Shown one piece after another: positions 54,117 to 62,878 of a DNA stretch of 64,000 nucleotides (its first letter is position 1; every line of letters starts with the position of its first letter). The position numbers were made by a program, and so were the translations under genes. The DNA lies in the IMG/VR virus record IMGVR_UViG_2767802019_000001, positions 7,528 to 71,527 of that record; one strand, 5' to 3'. Source of the stretch: a virus. Taxonomy: Duplodnaviria > Caudoviricetes. The notes under the pieces were generated by a model that was not told where the DNA came from, did not search any database, and saw nothing but the letters and a program-made list of their open reading frames with translations.

Positions 54117-55165
54117 CCACGCCTTCCGACCCGGGCGAGACTGTCCCGGCAGAGCCGCCGGTTTCGCCTGACGAAGCCGCGGTGCAGGGTGCCGCGGCCG
54201 AAGCCGAGGCGGCAGCCGCGGCGCAGCTGAACGCGATCCGCGAGCTGGCCGCGGAGATCGCGAAGCAGACGCTGCTCGCCTTCGATCCGGCGACGCTGCG
54301 CAAGGGCACGGTCTCCAGTATCGCCTCCGCGGCTGCGCCTCCGACGCTGGGCGTGCAGATCAGCGGGGACACCACCGAGATCCCGGGCGTCCGCTACATC
54401 GACAGCTACGCGCCAGAAGTCGGCGACACAGTCCTGATCATCAAGCAGGGGACCGACCTGGTCGCGCTCGGGGAGATTGCCGGGCAGTTCAGCGAGAGCG
54501 GGTGGACCACCGTCCCGCTGGCCGCGGGCTTCACGCACAACGGCAATAGCAACGGCAACGTAGAGGTGCGGCGCATCTGGGATCACGGCAGCTGGAAGGT
54601 TCAGTTCAAGGGCGCTGCGAACAGATCGTCCGGCACGGTGGTCTGCACCGACCTGGGGGAGAAGTACCGCCCCACCGCCCGGCGTTCGCTGCTGGTCACG
54701 CGCACGGCCAACGGCGGCAGCAACGTGGTGAAGGTCGACATCGAGACGTCGGGTTCGGTGACGATGGTCGGCGGGACGACGGCGCCGAACGGCGGCGACA
54801 CCTCGACGTCGTCCGAACACACGCACCAGATCGCCAACAGTGATCACTTCCACGGCGACACCAGCAGCGAGGGGTCGCACACGCACGGCATCGCCAACAA
54901 CGACCACAACCACGGCGGGGACACCGGGACGACGTCGTCCCACAAGCACAGCATCCCGACCACCACGCACAAGCACGGCAACCCGGCCGACGGTGAGCCC
55001 GGCGGCACGACGTCGGTGAATGACCACGCGCACTCGATCCCGACGTCGTCGCACACCCACGGCACGAACGGCGCCCTCGCCGACGGCTCGCACGATCACA
55101 CCTTCACGCCGGTCGTCGAAGACCCTGCGTGGATCAGCTTCAACCAGCTCGAATATTTCCTCTGA
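54113..55165 (+). CDS. Tail fibre/tip protein with His-box repeats
   Basis: HTH, HFH, HNH, HKH, HAH, HDH repeats in C-terminal third. Confidence 0.7.
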   Translation: MTTPSDPGETVPAEPPVSPDEAAVQGAAAEAEAAAAAQLNAIRELAAEIAKQTLLAFDPATLRKGTVSSIASAAAPPTLGVQISGDTTEIPGVRYIDSYAPEVGDTVLIIKQGTDLVALGEIAGQFSESGWTTVPLAAGFTHNGNSNGNVEVRRIWDHGSWKVQFKGAANRSSGTVVCTDLGEKYRPTARRSLLVTRTANGGSNVVKVDIETSGSVTMVGGTTAPNGGDTSTSSEHTHQIANSDHFHGDTSSEGSHTHGIANNDHNHGGDTGTTSSHKHSIPTTTHKHGNPADGEPGGTTSVNDHAHSIPTSSHTHGTNGALADGSHDHTFTPVVEDPAWISFNQLEYFL

Positions 55166-55173
55166 GGGGTGCG

Positions 55174-55443
55174 ATGGACCCGGTTACAGGGGTGCTCGTC
55201 CAGTACGGCGCGGTCGGCGCGGTCGCCGTCATGGCGATAGCGGCGGTGCGGGTTCTTTTCACGCGGCTTCAGGCGGCGGTCGACAGGGAGGCGGAGCGGG
55301 CGGACCGCCTGGAGGAGGAGCTGCGCAGGCTGAACGAGACGGTGAGGAATGACTACATCGGAACAATCGCTACCGCTGCGCAGGCCATTTCCGATGCGAA
55401 CCGCGCAGTCGCTGACGCCCTGGCAGCGGTACGCAGGGGTTGA
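55174..55443 (+). CDS. Membrane/coiled-coil lysis-region protein
   Basis: One N-terminal TM then coiled coil. Confidence 0.65.
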   Translation: MDPVTGVLVQYGAVGAVAVMAIAAVRVLFTRLQAAVDREAERADRLEEELRRLNETVRNDYIGTIATAAQAISDANRAVADALAAVRRG

Positions 55444-55447
55444 GTTT

Positions 55448-55630
55448 ATGACTAGGCAAAGCCCGGTTGACCGGCTGCTTGCTGAATCGGAAAGGCTGCG
55501 CGAAGAACTGCTCAGGACTGCCGCCCGGCTTGAGGGATTCTCCGAGGAACTCCTCGCCGAGGTGCGGCAGCTGCGTGCAGAGGCCAGCCCTCCGGATACA
55601 GGAGGGAGCGACAGTGACACAGGCACCTGA
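55448..55630 (+). CDS. Small coiled-coil protein
   Basis: Leu/Glu/Arg heptads. Confidence 0.5.
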   Translation: MTRQSPVDRLLAESERLREELLRTAARLEGFSEELLAEVRQLRAEASPPDTGGSDSDTGT

Positions 55631-56111
55631 CGGAACGCGGCCCCAAGACCCCGGGATCACCCCGCTGGACCGTCTGGCCAGTGCAGCATCGGCGCTGCTC
55701 GAAGAACTCGAAGCGCTGGGACAGGACGCCGGCCGCCAGTTCACCGCGCTGGCGAAGCGGTCGCAGCGCAACCGGCGCATGATCCGCATTGTGGTCGTCA
55801 GTCTTGTGCTGGATGTGCTGCTCACGGCTGCGGTGGGATTCGGTCTGTTCCAGGTGGACAGCAATGCGGACCGTATCGACGACCTGACACAACGTCTGGA
55901 CGTGGCACAGTCCGAGACGCGGCGAAAGGCATTCTGCCCTCTCTATGAAATCTTCCTTGGCTCCAAGTCTGAGCAGGGCCGTAAGGCGGCTGCCGATCCG
56001 AAGGCGTATGACCGAGCCTTCGATGTCATCGAGAGCGGCTATCGCGCCCTGGACTGCGCCGAATTCACGAACGGCGCAACACCGTTCGGTAATACCCCGA
56101 AGGGGGAGTAA
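55614..56111 (+). CDS. Single-TM lysis-region protein
   Basis: IRIVVVSLVLDVLLTAAVGFGLF TM, extracellular part with two Cys. Confidence 0.65.
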   Translation: MTQAPDGTRPQDPGITPLDRLASAASALLEELEALGQDAGRQFTALAKRSQRNRRMIRIVVVSLVLDVLLTAAVGFGLFQVDSNADRIDDLTQRLDVAQSETRRKAFCPLYEIFLGSKSEQGRKAAADPKAYDRAFDVIESGYRALDCAEFTNGATPFGNTPKGE

Positions 56112-56854
56112 TGGCGTCACCCCTGACCACTGTCAGATTCCTGGGCGTCCTGCGGGACGAAGGCCTCACTGTCGTTCAGGTCGGCGACTGGAGGGCGCAC
56201 AGCCGCAATCACGTCGGCGGGTGGGGCCCGGTCCACGGCGTGATGATCCATCACACGGCGACGTCGGGCAGTGCCCGCACGGTGGATATCTGCCGCCGCG
56301 GCTACGCCGGACTGCCGGGTCCGCTCTGTCACGGCGTGATCACCAAGGACGGCCGTGTCCACCTGGTCGGCTACGGCCGCGCGAACCATGCAGGGCTCGG
56401 AGATGACGATGTCCTGACCGCGGTGAAGAACGAAACCGCGCTCCCCGCGAGGAACGAGGCGAACACCGACGGGAACCGCCACTTTTACGGCTTCGAATGC
56501 GAGAACCGCGGCGACGGTGAGGACCCCTGGCCAGCTGCCCAGCTGCTCGCGATCGAGCGGGCGTCCGCCGCGCTGTGCCGCGCGCATCAATGGACGGAGC
56601 GCTCCGTCATCGGTCACCTGGAGTGGCAGCCGGGCAAGCCGGATCCCCGCGGCTTCACGATGGACTCGATGCGTGGCCGCGTCCGCCGCCGTCTCGCACC
56701 GAAGCCCGCTACCCACACGGTGCGCCCCGGCGAGACGCTGTCCAGCATCGGCGCCCTGACCGGCGTGCGGTGGCCGGACATCGCCAAGGTCAATGGGCTG
56801 AAGACCCCGTACCGGATCTATCCGGGTCTGGTCCTGAAGATCCCTAGGAAGTGA
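56111..56854 (+). CDS. Endolysin, N-acetylmuramoyl-L-alanine amidase + LysM
   Basis: GVMIHHTA, RANHAG, FYGFECEN, VIGHLEW..KPDP; HTVRPGETLSSI LysM. Confidence 0.92.
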   Translation: MASPLTTVRFLGVLRDEGLTVVQVGDWRAHSRNHVGGWGPVHGVMIHHTATSGSARTVDICRRGYAGLPGPLCHGVITKDGRVHLVGYGRANHAGLGDDDVLTAVKNETALPARNEANTDGNRHFYGFECENRGDGEDPWPAAQLLAIERASAALCRAHQWTERSVIGHLEWQPGKPDPRGFTMDSMRGRVRRRLAPKPATHTVRPGETLSSIGALTGVRWPDIAKVNGLKTPYRIYPGLVLKIPRK

Positions 56855-56861
56855 GGCAGTC

Positions 56862-57227
56862 ATGAAGGTGTTCGGCAGAGAGCCCGCGCTGATCGTGAAC
56901 TCCGTCGGCGCGATCCTCTCGCTGGTCGTCGCGTTCAATGTCGGCCTGTCCAGCACGCAGGCGGGCTACCTGGTCGCAGTCATCAGTGCGGTGTTCGCGG
57001 CCATCGCCGCAGCCCTCACCCGCCCCATCGCCCCGGCCGCGTTCACTGGTCTGGTGGCCGTCATCGCCACCGCCACAGCGGCGTTCGGCTTCGACGTGTC
57101 CCCGGAGGTGGTGGCGTCCGTCAACGGCATCATCATCGCGGGCCTGGTGTTCCTGACCCGAGGCCAGGTCACTCCCATCCCGAAGATCGACCCGCTGGTA
57201 CCTGCGCGCCCGGTGCAGTCGGTCTGA
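56862..57227 (+). CDS. Holin (actinophage type)
   Basis: FGREPALI start, 3-4 TM, TRGQVTP. Confidence 0.8.
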   Translation: MKVFGREPALIVNSVGAILSLVVAFNVGLSSTQAGYLVAVISAVFAAIAAALTRPIAPAAFTGLVAVIATATAAFGFDVSPEVVASVNGIIIAGLVFLTRGQVTPIPKIDPLVPARPVQSV

Positions 57228-57239
57228 TCCGCTTCAGCG

Positions 57240-57275
57240 AGAAGCCCCCTCCGCCTTCGGGCGGAGGGGGCTTCT
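57240..57275. terminator. Bidirectional terminator ending late operon
   Basis: AGAAGCCCCCTCCGCC-TTCG-GGCGGAGGGGGCTTCT perfect 16-bp stem. Confidence 0.88.
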
Positions 57276-57282
57276 TCTGCGT

Positions 57283-57897
57283 CTACTTCAGCCCCGCCTT
57301 CAGCTTCGCCAGTTCAGGGCCGGCGTCCTTGGCGGGCATCTTCCACCGGTACGTCTGGCCCTCGCCGTCGGTGTAGACCAGCGTGCCGCCGCGCTGCGCC
57401 TCGGTGATGTCGAAGACCTGGCTGCGCCACTGGAAGCTGTCCGGCTGGATCGGGCCCGCGTTGGTGAAGCCCTTGGCGTTGACGCTGGGTGCGCTGAAGC
57501 CGTTGTTCTCGGCTGTCTCGCCGTCGGGTGCGATCCACTGCCAGCCCTTTGCTTCGGCGGGTACGGTCTCCGAGGCGGCGACGCCTCTGGTGGACTTCGC
57601 CTTGTAGGCGACGACCGCGAACACTTCCTCTTCCGGTGTCTGGCCGGTGCCCTTTGTGACGTAGGCGATCGTGGACGGCGTGATGTCGAGCATGCCGCCA
57701 CCGCCTCCCCCCAGTGGATGGGCCGCGCCGGCGGTGTGCGCCGTTGTGCCCAGAGCGGGGGCTTCCGGCTTGGCGGTGGGCGATTCGGCCCGGGTGGGCT
57801 CCTTGGGGTTCTTGCCCGCGTCGCCGTCACCTCCGCACGAGGCGACGGACAGGGCCGCAGCGGCAGCCAGGACGAGGACTTTGGGTGTCGGGCGCAT
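57283..57897 (-). CDS. Lipoprotein moron (DUF4352-like Ig fold possible)
   Basis: MRPTPKVLVLAAAAALSVAS-C lipobox; convergent on lysis cassette. Confidence 0.75.
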   Translation of the reverse strand: MRPTPKVLVLAAAAALSVASCGGDGDAGKNPKEPTRAESPTAKPEAPALGTTAHTAGAAHPLGGGGGGMLDITPSTIAYVTKGTGQTPEEEVFAVVAYKAKSTRGVAASETVPAEAKGWQWIAPDGETAENNGFSAPSVNAKGFTNAGPIQPDSFQWRSQVFDITEAQRGGTLVYTDGEGQTYRWKMPAKDAGPELAKLKAGLK

Positions 57898-57994
57898 GGC
57901 ATCCCCCGGTTGTGTCGATAACGCACCGTACCGGTCCCGATACAGAGCGGGCGTATGTTGTGCAGAATCCGGCGCCCCGCTGCACGCTGGATCC

Positions 57995-58207
57995 ATGGCA
58001 TCCGTGATAGTCGTGCACCGCCCGTCCCCGAGCGGCGGGCGCCGCGTGACGGTGGGGTCCGCGATCCTAGGGCTCGCCCACGATGACCGCGACCTCATCG
58101 AGTTCCTGCGCCGGGCCGGGCTGGAGGATGCCGAGGCACTGGTGCTGGGGGATTCGCCGTTGATCCATTGGTGGGGCGGGCGGGCCCACGAGTACGCGGC
58201 GGCGTAG
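57995..58207 (+). CDS. Small hypothetical protein
   Basis: HRPSPSGGRRVT..LGLAHDDRDLIEFLRRAGL; CACGCT-N6-ATG leaderless arrangement. Confidence 0.7.
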   Translation: MASVIVVHRPSPSGGRRVTVGSAILGLAHDDRDLIEFLRRAGLEDAEALVLGDSPLIHWWGGRAHEYAAA

Positions 58208-58256
58208 GTATCCACAGGTACATCCGTTCCCCGGCGCTCTGTCCTACGGTGCCCGC

Positions 58257-58439
58257 ATGGATCAAGAGATGCGCCTGCCGCTGCTGACCCTGGACGAAGC
58301 CCACGACGTCATCGACGTCCTGGCGCGCGGCGCCGCGACCGGTGACGTGGAGGCGGAACGCCTGCTCTGCGAGCTGGCCGCGCGGGTGCCGTCGCGGGAT
58401 GTCACCCATACGGGTGACGGTGCCTGCACTGCATGGTGA
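58257..58439 (+). CDS. Small protein (DUF6417-like)
   Basis: LTLDEAHDV..L..ELAARVPS; TACGGT-N6-ATG. Confidence 0.6.
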   Translation: MDQEMRLPLLTLDEAHDVIDVLARGAATGDVEAERLLCELAARVPSRDVTHTGDGACTAW

Positions 58440-58537
58440 CCATGACCCGTCAGTGCGTACGGTCGGGGCGTGCCCGGCGGAACGGGTGCCGCATTGTGCA
58501 ACGCGGGCGTACCCCGCTGCACCGAGTCCGGCGGGTA

Positions 58538-59404
58538 TCACCTTGCGGTGAGTGCCCGCCGCGCCGCGTTGATCAGGTTGTGCGCGTCGGCGCCGTAGAC
58601 CGCGGACTCGCGCAGCGTGTCCCAGACGCGGAGATAGGTGGCCACGCTGACCGCATCGTCGATCCACAGCTCCGCATGCCAGTCCTCGACGATCACGAGC
58701 CGTTCGTCGTAGACCCAGAAGCTGTTGCCCGGGAAGATCTTCAGCGATGCCGTGAAGGGGACGATCCCCAGTTCCACCGTGTCCAGCCCGATGGCGCTGG
58801 CGAGGTGGTGGAGCTGGGCGGCAAGGACCGACGGCGGGCAGATGAGGGAGCGCAGTGCCCCTTCCCACATCATGACCCGGTGCTGGCGGCCTGCCTGGTA
58901 CAGCCTCTCCTGCCGCTGGATCCGGGCGCGTACGGCGTCCTCGGTGTCCCGCCGCGGCGGCGGCAGCTGCATCAGGTCGGCGTGCCGGGTGAGTACGTGA
59001 CGGGCGTAGTCCGGGATCTGGAGCAGACCGGGGACGAGGCAGCTCTCCCAGATGGTGAGCACCCGTGTCCGTTTGTGCTCTGCCGCGGCGGCGTCCTGTA
59101 CGGATTTGTGTCCCGCGGAGAGCTGACGGCGCCATGAGCGGATGTGGGACTCGAAGCCCCGTAGCCGGGCGAGCAGTTCACTGTAGGCATCGGGGTGACC
59201 GGTCCCGTCTGCCCACGCACGCAGGTCGTCTGCTGTCGCCGTCTGCCTGCCGTTCTCCAGCATGCTGACTTTGACTTTGCTCCATCCCGGCCCGAGCCGT
59301 TCAGCGAGCTGGGTACCGGTGAGCCGTCCCTCAGGGGCCGTTAACCGCAGCTCCCGGAGGCGGACTCCGAGATCCTCGCGTGCCTGCTGATAGTCCGTGC
59401 TCAC
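58538..59404 (-). CDS. XRE-family HTH + DUF5753 regulator (WhiJ/Scr1-like), TTA at codon 21
   Basis: LGVRLRELR..QLAERLG.W...KVS.LENGRQ; VPGLLQ..DYAR; TTA at 59342-59344. Confidence 0.88.
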   Translation of the reverse strand: MSTDYQQAREDLGVRLRELRLTAPEGRLTGTQLAERLGPGWSKVKVSMLENGRQTATADDLRAWADGTGHPDAYSELLARLRGFESHIRSWRRQLSAGHKSVQDAAAAEHKRTRVLTIWESCLVPGLLQIPDYARHVLTRHADLMQLPPPRRDTEDAVRARIQRQERLYQAGRQHRVMMWEGALRSLICPPSVLAAQLHHLASAIGLDTVELGIVPFTASLKIFPGNSFWVYDERLVIVEDWHAELWIDDAVSVATYLRVWDTLRESAVYGADAHNLINAARRALTAR

Positions 59405-59416
59405 CGGTACACCTGC

Positions 59417-60166
59417 CTACTCTTCCTTCATGGCCGCCACGAACTCCCGGTAGGGGGTGGCGTAGTGCAGTGCGGCATCACGCAGCCGGCTGTACTGGTT
59501 GACGCGCGCGGGCTCCGAGATCAGCTCAGCGCCGGTCAGATTGGCGTCGCTGTCCCAGATGCAGAGGGCGACGATGTGCGAGTCGAAGATCCAGAAATCT
59601 TCATCGGGCAGATTGTGGCGCTCGGCATCCTTGCGCCACATGATGCGGACGTCCTCGCCCAGCTGGTCGTTGTGCTCAGCGTGCGCGAGCAGGTACCGCT
59701 GCCCTTCGGTGGGCGGGTCGTCGACGATGCGCACGCGGCCGACGTACGCGCCGTCCCGCGTCTTGGCGCCGATGGTCCGGGCCCACGGTGAATCCATGTC
59801 CCACGCCGGCTTCTCGCCGCGGACGAACTGGGCGTAGGTTTCCGTGGCTTCGTCGACCGCGTACCGTCCGCGCATCTCCAGGTGCCAGGCGCTGTGCCGG
59901 AAGTTTTCGAACATTCCGGCGAAGGTCTCCGGGTCGAGGATGCGCGGCTCTTCGTCGCGGTCCTTCGGGCCGAAGTCGATCAGCGTGTTGCGCGGTACGA
60001 CGATGGGGATCTCGTGCTCGTCGATGTGCTGGAGCTGGGCGAGGGTTTCGGGGTCGGTGAGCCGGGGGCCGTGCACGATGACCTCGCCCGTGTCGAGATC
60101 CTCGTGTACTGCGGGGCAGGATCCGCCGCCGCTTCCGGTGCCGTTGAAGCGCAGTCGTCGCGCCAT
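59417..60166 (-). CDS. Small N-terminal domain fused to DUF6879-family domain
   Basis: GSGGGSCPAVHED..VHG; SAWHLEMR..Y..RVRIVD.P..GEDVR..DFWIFD. Confidence 0.78.
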   Translation of the reverse strand: MARRLRFNGTGSGGGSCPAVHEDLDTGEVIVHGPRLTDPETLAQLQHIDEHEIPIVVPRNTLIDFGPKDRDEEPRILDPETFAGMFENFRHSAWHLEMRGRYAVDEATETYAQFVRGEKPAWDMDSPWARTIGAKTRDGAYVGRVRIVDDPPTEGQRYLLAHAEHNDQLGEDVRIMWRKDAERHNLPDEDFWIFDSHIVALCIWDSDANLTGAELISEPARVNQYSRLRDAALHYATPYREFVAAMKEE

Positions 60167-60238
60167 GATCGTTCCCTCCGTCGGGAGACTGATCCACCAA
60201 GCATCGCTGAGCCCAACGGTCCCTGTGTGGGGTGAGGT

Positions 60239-60300
60239 TGAGCTTCCTGGTTAACTTCCCTGAATTTCGGCTGCACGTCAATGAACTTCGCTGAACTTGC
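60239..60300. promoter_or_regulatory. Helically phased TGAACTTC-like direct repeats in divergent promoter (candidate XRE operator)
   Basis: TGAGCTTCC 60239, TTAACTTCC 60251, TGAATTTCG 60261, TGAACTTCG 60282, TGAACTTGC 60292. Confidence 0.6.
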
Positions 60301-60338
60301 ATGGCGCCGCCCCGCCCGGCCTCCCTAACGTCCAGTTC

Positions 60339-60623
60339 ATGGCCACTACGCAGGAGCCGCAGGAAGCCGATCCGTTCACGGCTACGGAGGCGGTGCGGGA
60401 CGCTCTCGCCGAGTCGGGGATCGTCTTCCCCTCCCTCGGAGTCGATTACGGGTCGCCGCACCTCGGTCTCGTGAACCTCGGACGCGTCCGCCCGGACGTG
60501 GCCGGGCGGCTGGCCGGCGAACTGGTGCAGAGCCGACGGCTGGCCGCAGAGGTCACCGCCCTGAAGGCAGAAATCACCGCCCTGAAGAAAGAACTCGAAG
60601 CGCTCCGAGGGGGCCAGACATGA
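60339..60623 (+). CDS. Hypothetical protein with C-terminal leucine zipper
   Basis: LAESGIVFPSLGVD..LVNLGRVRPDVA; duplicated heptad VTALKAE/ITALKKE. Confidence 0.7.
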   Translation: MATTQEPQEADPFTATEAVRDALAESGIVFPSLGVDYGSPHLGLVNLGRVRPDVAGRLAGELVQSRRLAAEVTALKAEITALKKELEALRGGQT

Positions 60624-60832
60624 CCACCGAATGGGAAACCGGCGCCATGGTCATCGACACCGCACGGCAGCGCCTGGGCCGCGTGATGGATCACCTGGGC
60701 ACCCGCCTTCAGCTCCGCCCTCCGAACGGCGGACGCGAGTGGGATGCCGATCCGGCATATGTCCGGCCTGCCATGGAGCACGAAATCCTGAAGGCGTCCG
60801 CACGCGACGCGAAGCACAGGCGGACGCCATGA
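60620..60832 (+). CDS. Small SH3-like hypothetical protein
   Basis: VIDT..RLGRVMD..QLRP.NGGREW. Confidence 0.7.
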   Translation: MTTEWETGAMVIDTARQRLGRVMDHLGTRLQLRPPNGGREWDADPAYVRPAMEHEILKASARDAKHRRTP

Positions 60833-61014
60833 CCGCGGTCCTGCCGGACCCCCGGACGCTGAGCAATCTCCAGCTCACGGAACAGGCCTGCGCGCTGTGC
60901 GGCGGGCGTCTGTTCCGTGACCGCCTGCTGGGCACGGTCACCTACCGGGACCGTGTGGGCCGTAAGCAGAGAGCCGAGCTGTGGGCGTGCGATCCACCGT
61001 GCAAGCCGTCGTGA
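60829..61014 (+). CDS. Small Zn-binding protein
   Basis: ACALCG..WACDPPC. Confidence 0.6.
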   Translation: MTAVLPDPRTLSNLQLTEQACALCGGRLFRDRLLGTVTYRDRVGRKQRAELWACDPPCKPS

Positions 61015-61102
61015 CCCGCCTGTGAGCCCCCGTCCCGGCCGCCTTGCCTGGAAGCGGACAGCCGGGACGGGTCACACCCTCCCCGAAGGAAGGAAGTTCA
61101 TT

Positions 61103-61618
61103 ATGTCCACTCCCCCCTACCCGCTGCCGCCCGACCCGCCCGGCGGGCCGGACCCGGTGATCCCCCGCATGCTGATCACTGATGCGCAGTTCATGAGCTG
61201 CCGCAGCACGGTGGCGGATGCCAACCCGGACATGTCCGAGGAGATGGCAGGCCGCATCGTGGAGGAGGCGCTGAAGTTCGTGATGGCCTGTGCGGCATAC
61301 CCTGCGGAGGGGCTCGCCCCCTCGCGCATCGTGGACGAGGGCTGGCACGCGCTGATTCTGCACACGGCGATGTACGCGGAGCTGTGCGAGCGACTCGGCA
61401 ATTTCGTGCACCACTACCCGGGGTGGGACCCGACGCACTACGACCCCGAGATCCTGAACCGCACCCGTCGCCTGATCGCCCGGTGCGGCTATGCGGCGGA
61501 CGACGAGCTGTGGAGTGCCCCGGATGACCGGACCCTGGTGTCCGTGGCGGCGAAATGCCAGCACGCACCGGAGTGCACGATCCGGCCCATGCCGACGCCG
61601 CAGCCGCCGGTGAACTGA
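61103..61618 (+). CDS. Glycine-rich-domain-protein-like (GRDP/DUF1399-type) protein
   Basis: EALKF..APSRIVDEGWHALILHT..Y..LC..FVHHYP. Confidence 0.7.
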   Translation: MSTPPYPLPPDPPGGPDPVIPRMLITDAQFMSCRSTVADANPDMSEEMAGRIVEEALKFVMACAAYPAEGLAPSRIVDEGWHALILHTAMYAELCERLGNFVHHYPGWDPTHYDPEILNRTRRLIARCGYAADDELWSAPDDRTLVSVAAKCQHAPECTIRPMPTPQPPVN

Positions 61619-61644
61619 TGGAGCCGGGGCCGTACGCTGGCCGC

Positions 61645-61875
61645 ATGAACGAGGATCAAGCGCGTCATCTCCAGCGCCTGCTCAGTCTGTGCGGTATGCC
61701 CGGCGTCGCGGCCCCCGCGGCCGATCCGGCCGGCGAGTGGCGGATCTATGACGACACCGACCCGGCGGCGCGGCAGGACATCACCGACGTCTCGCGGCAG
61801 CGTTTGGCCGAGTCGGCGGATCGGCCGCCGACCGGCACCGCGGTCCGGGGCTTCGTCGTCCCGGACCGCGCCTGA
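61645..61875 (+). CDS. Small hypothetical protein
   Basis: TACGCT-N6-ATG leaderless arrangement. Confidence 0.55.
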   Translation: MNEDQARHLQRLLSLCGMPGVAAPAADPAGEWRIYDDTDPAARQDITDVSRQRLAESADRPPTGTAVRGFVVPDRA

Positions 61876-61882
61876 ACGCCAG

Positions 61883-61931
61883 CAGCCCTGTCCTCGTTCC
61901 CCTTCACAGGGGAGCGGGGGCAGGGCTGTTT
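61883..61931 (+). terminator. Long hairpin terminator
   Basis: 21-bp stem (with G-U pairs) CAGCCCTG..TCAC..CAGGGCTG followed by TTT. Confidence 0.75.
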
Positions 61932-62515
61932 GGCGTAGATACGCCTCATACCGCGGGCCGGTTCACACGGGGTGCGAGCCGGATGCGCACATATATCTAC
62001 GGCACCCCCTGACTCTGCACCGTGCACAGTGAAACGGTGGCGAATGTGCACGTGGCTGGCTCACTCCCCCGCAGCTGGCGGCGTGCGCCAGCGTGGCTGA
62101 TGTGGTGTCAGAACGGGCGAACGTTACAGACGTTGCGACTTATGGGTGGCCAGGGTGGTCGAGAGAATCATGAACCGGACATCGCGGGACTTGTTGACAC
62201 GCGGAGCATGTGGAGGAATATGGAGCACCACACCGGCAGCGGTTAATTCCTCCACTGGCGGTGAGCGATCAACCCGACTGTTCCTGTGTGCGGTGTGGAG
62301 CCGACGTGATGGGGCTGAGGGCAACCCGGACTTCCTGCACGCTGGAGGCGAGGGCACATGTAAGCACCCGACGCAGACGCCGGGAGGGCACGCCGGGCCT
62401 TCCTGATCCCGGGCCCTGCGCCCCCTGTAATGACCACAGGTAGGGGGGTCGGCGAAAGCGTGACGACCACGCGAGAATAAAGATCAGGCAGCACAAGCAA
62501 AAAACGATGGACGCA

Positions 62516-62574
62516 GCATCGTGATCACCCCCCGGGCCGCCCGTCCCTTAAAACGGTGCTGGTGATCACGATGC
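62516..62574. repeat. 14-bp perfect inverted repeat
   Basis: GCATCGTGATCACC / GGTGATCACGATGC, 31-bp spacer. Confidence 0.7.
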
Positions 62575-62716
62575 GCGTTCGACGTCGCCCCGGACACGGC
62601 TTGGCCGTGCATCTTCGATGGTGGTCCGGGGCACTCATGGCGCACCCCCACTGCGCATGAGGAGCGGCCCGGCCCCCGCCGTCTTCAGCTCTGATCCAGC
62701 GACTGAGGAGTGCACT

Positions 62717-62878
62717 GTGCCGACCGGGGCCGAAAACAGCAAAGATGAATGGGCGCGGGGAATGGTGCAGGGGCTGGCGCCGATGGACCGCGAGGATGTC
62801 GAAGACCTTGAGTGCATCCAGGAGCTGATCACAGGGAAGTCGCCGCTCACTGAGGAACTGCGGTCAGAATCCGCTTAG
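62717..62878 (+). CDS. Small acidic hypothetical protein
   Basis: GAGGAG RBS before GTG. Confidence 0.4.
   Translation: MPTGAENSKDEWARGMVQGLAPMDREDVEDLECIQELITGKSPLTEELRSESA

Larger units (their letters stand above)
1..61928 (+). mobile_element. Streptomyces-type temperate siphovirus prophage (left end probably outside window)
   Basis: Co-oriented early, late, head, tail and lysis modules with ATGA/GTGA overlaps; terminase, portal, HK97 capsid, tape measure, endolysin and holin recognisable; boundaries approximate. Confidence 0.92.

Noticed and set aside
60552-60586. 14-bp direct repeat TCACCGCCCTGAAG as regulatory site
   Set aside because: 21-nt period equals a duplicated coiled-coil heptad in the protein
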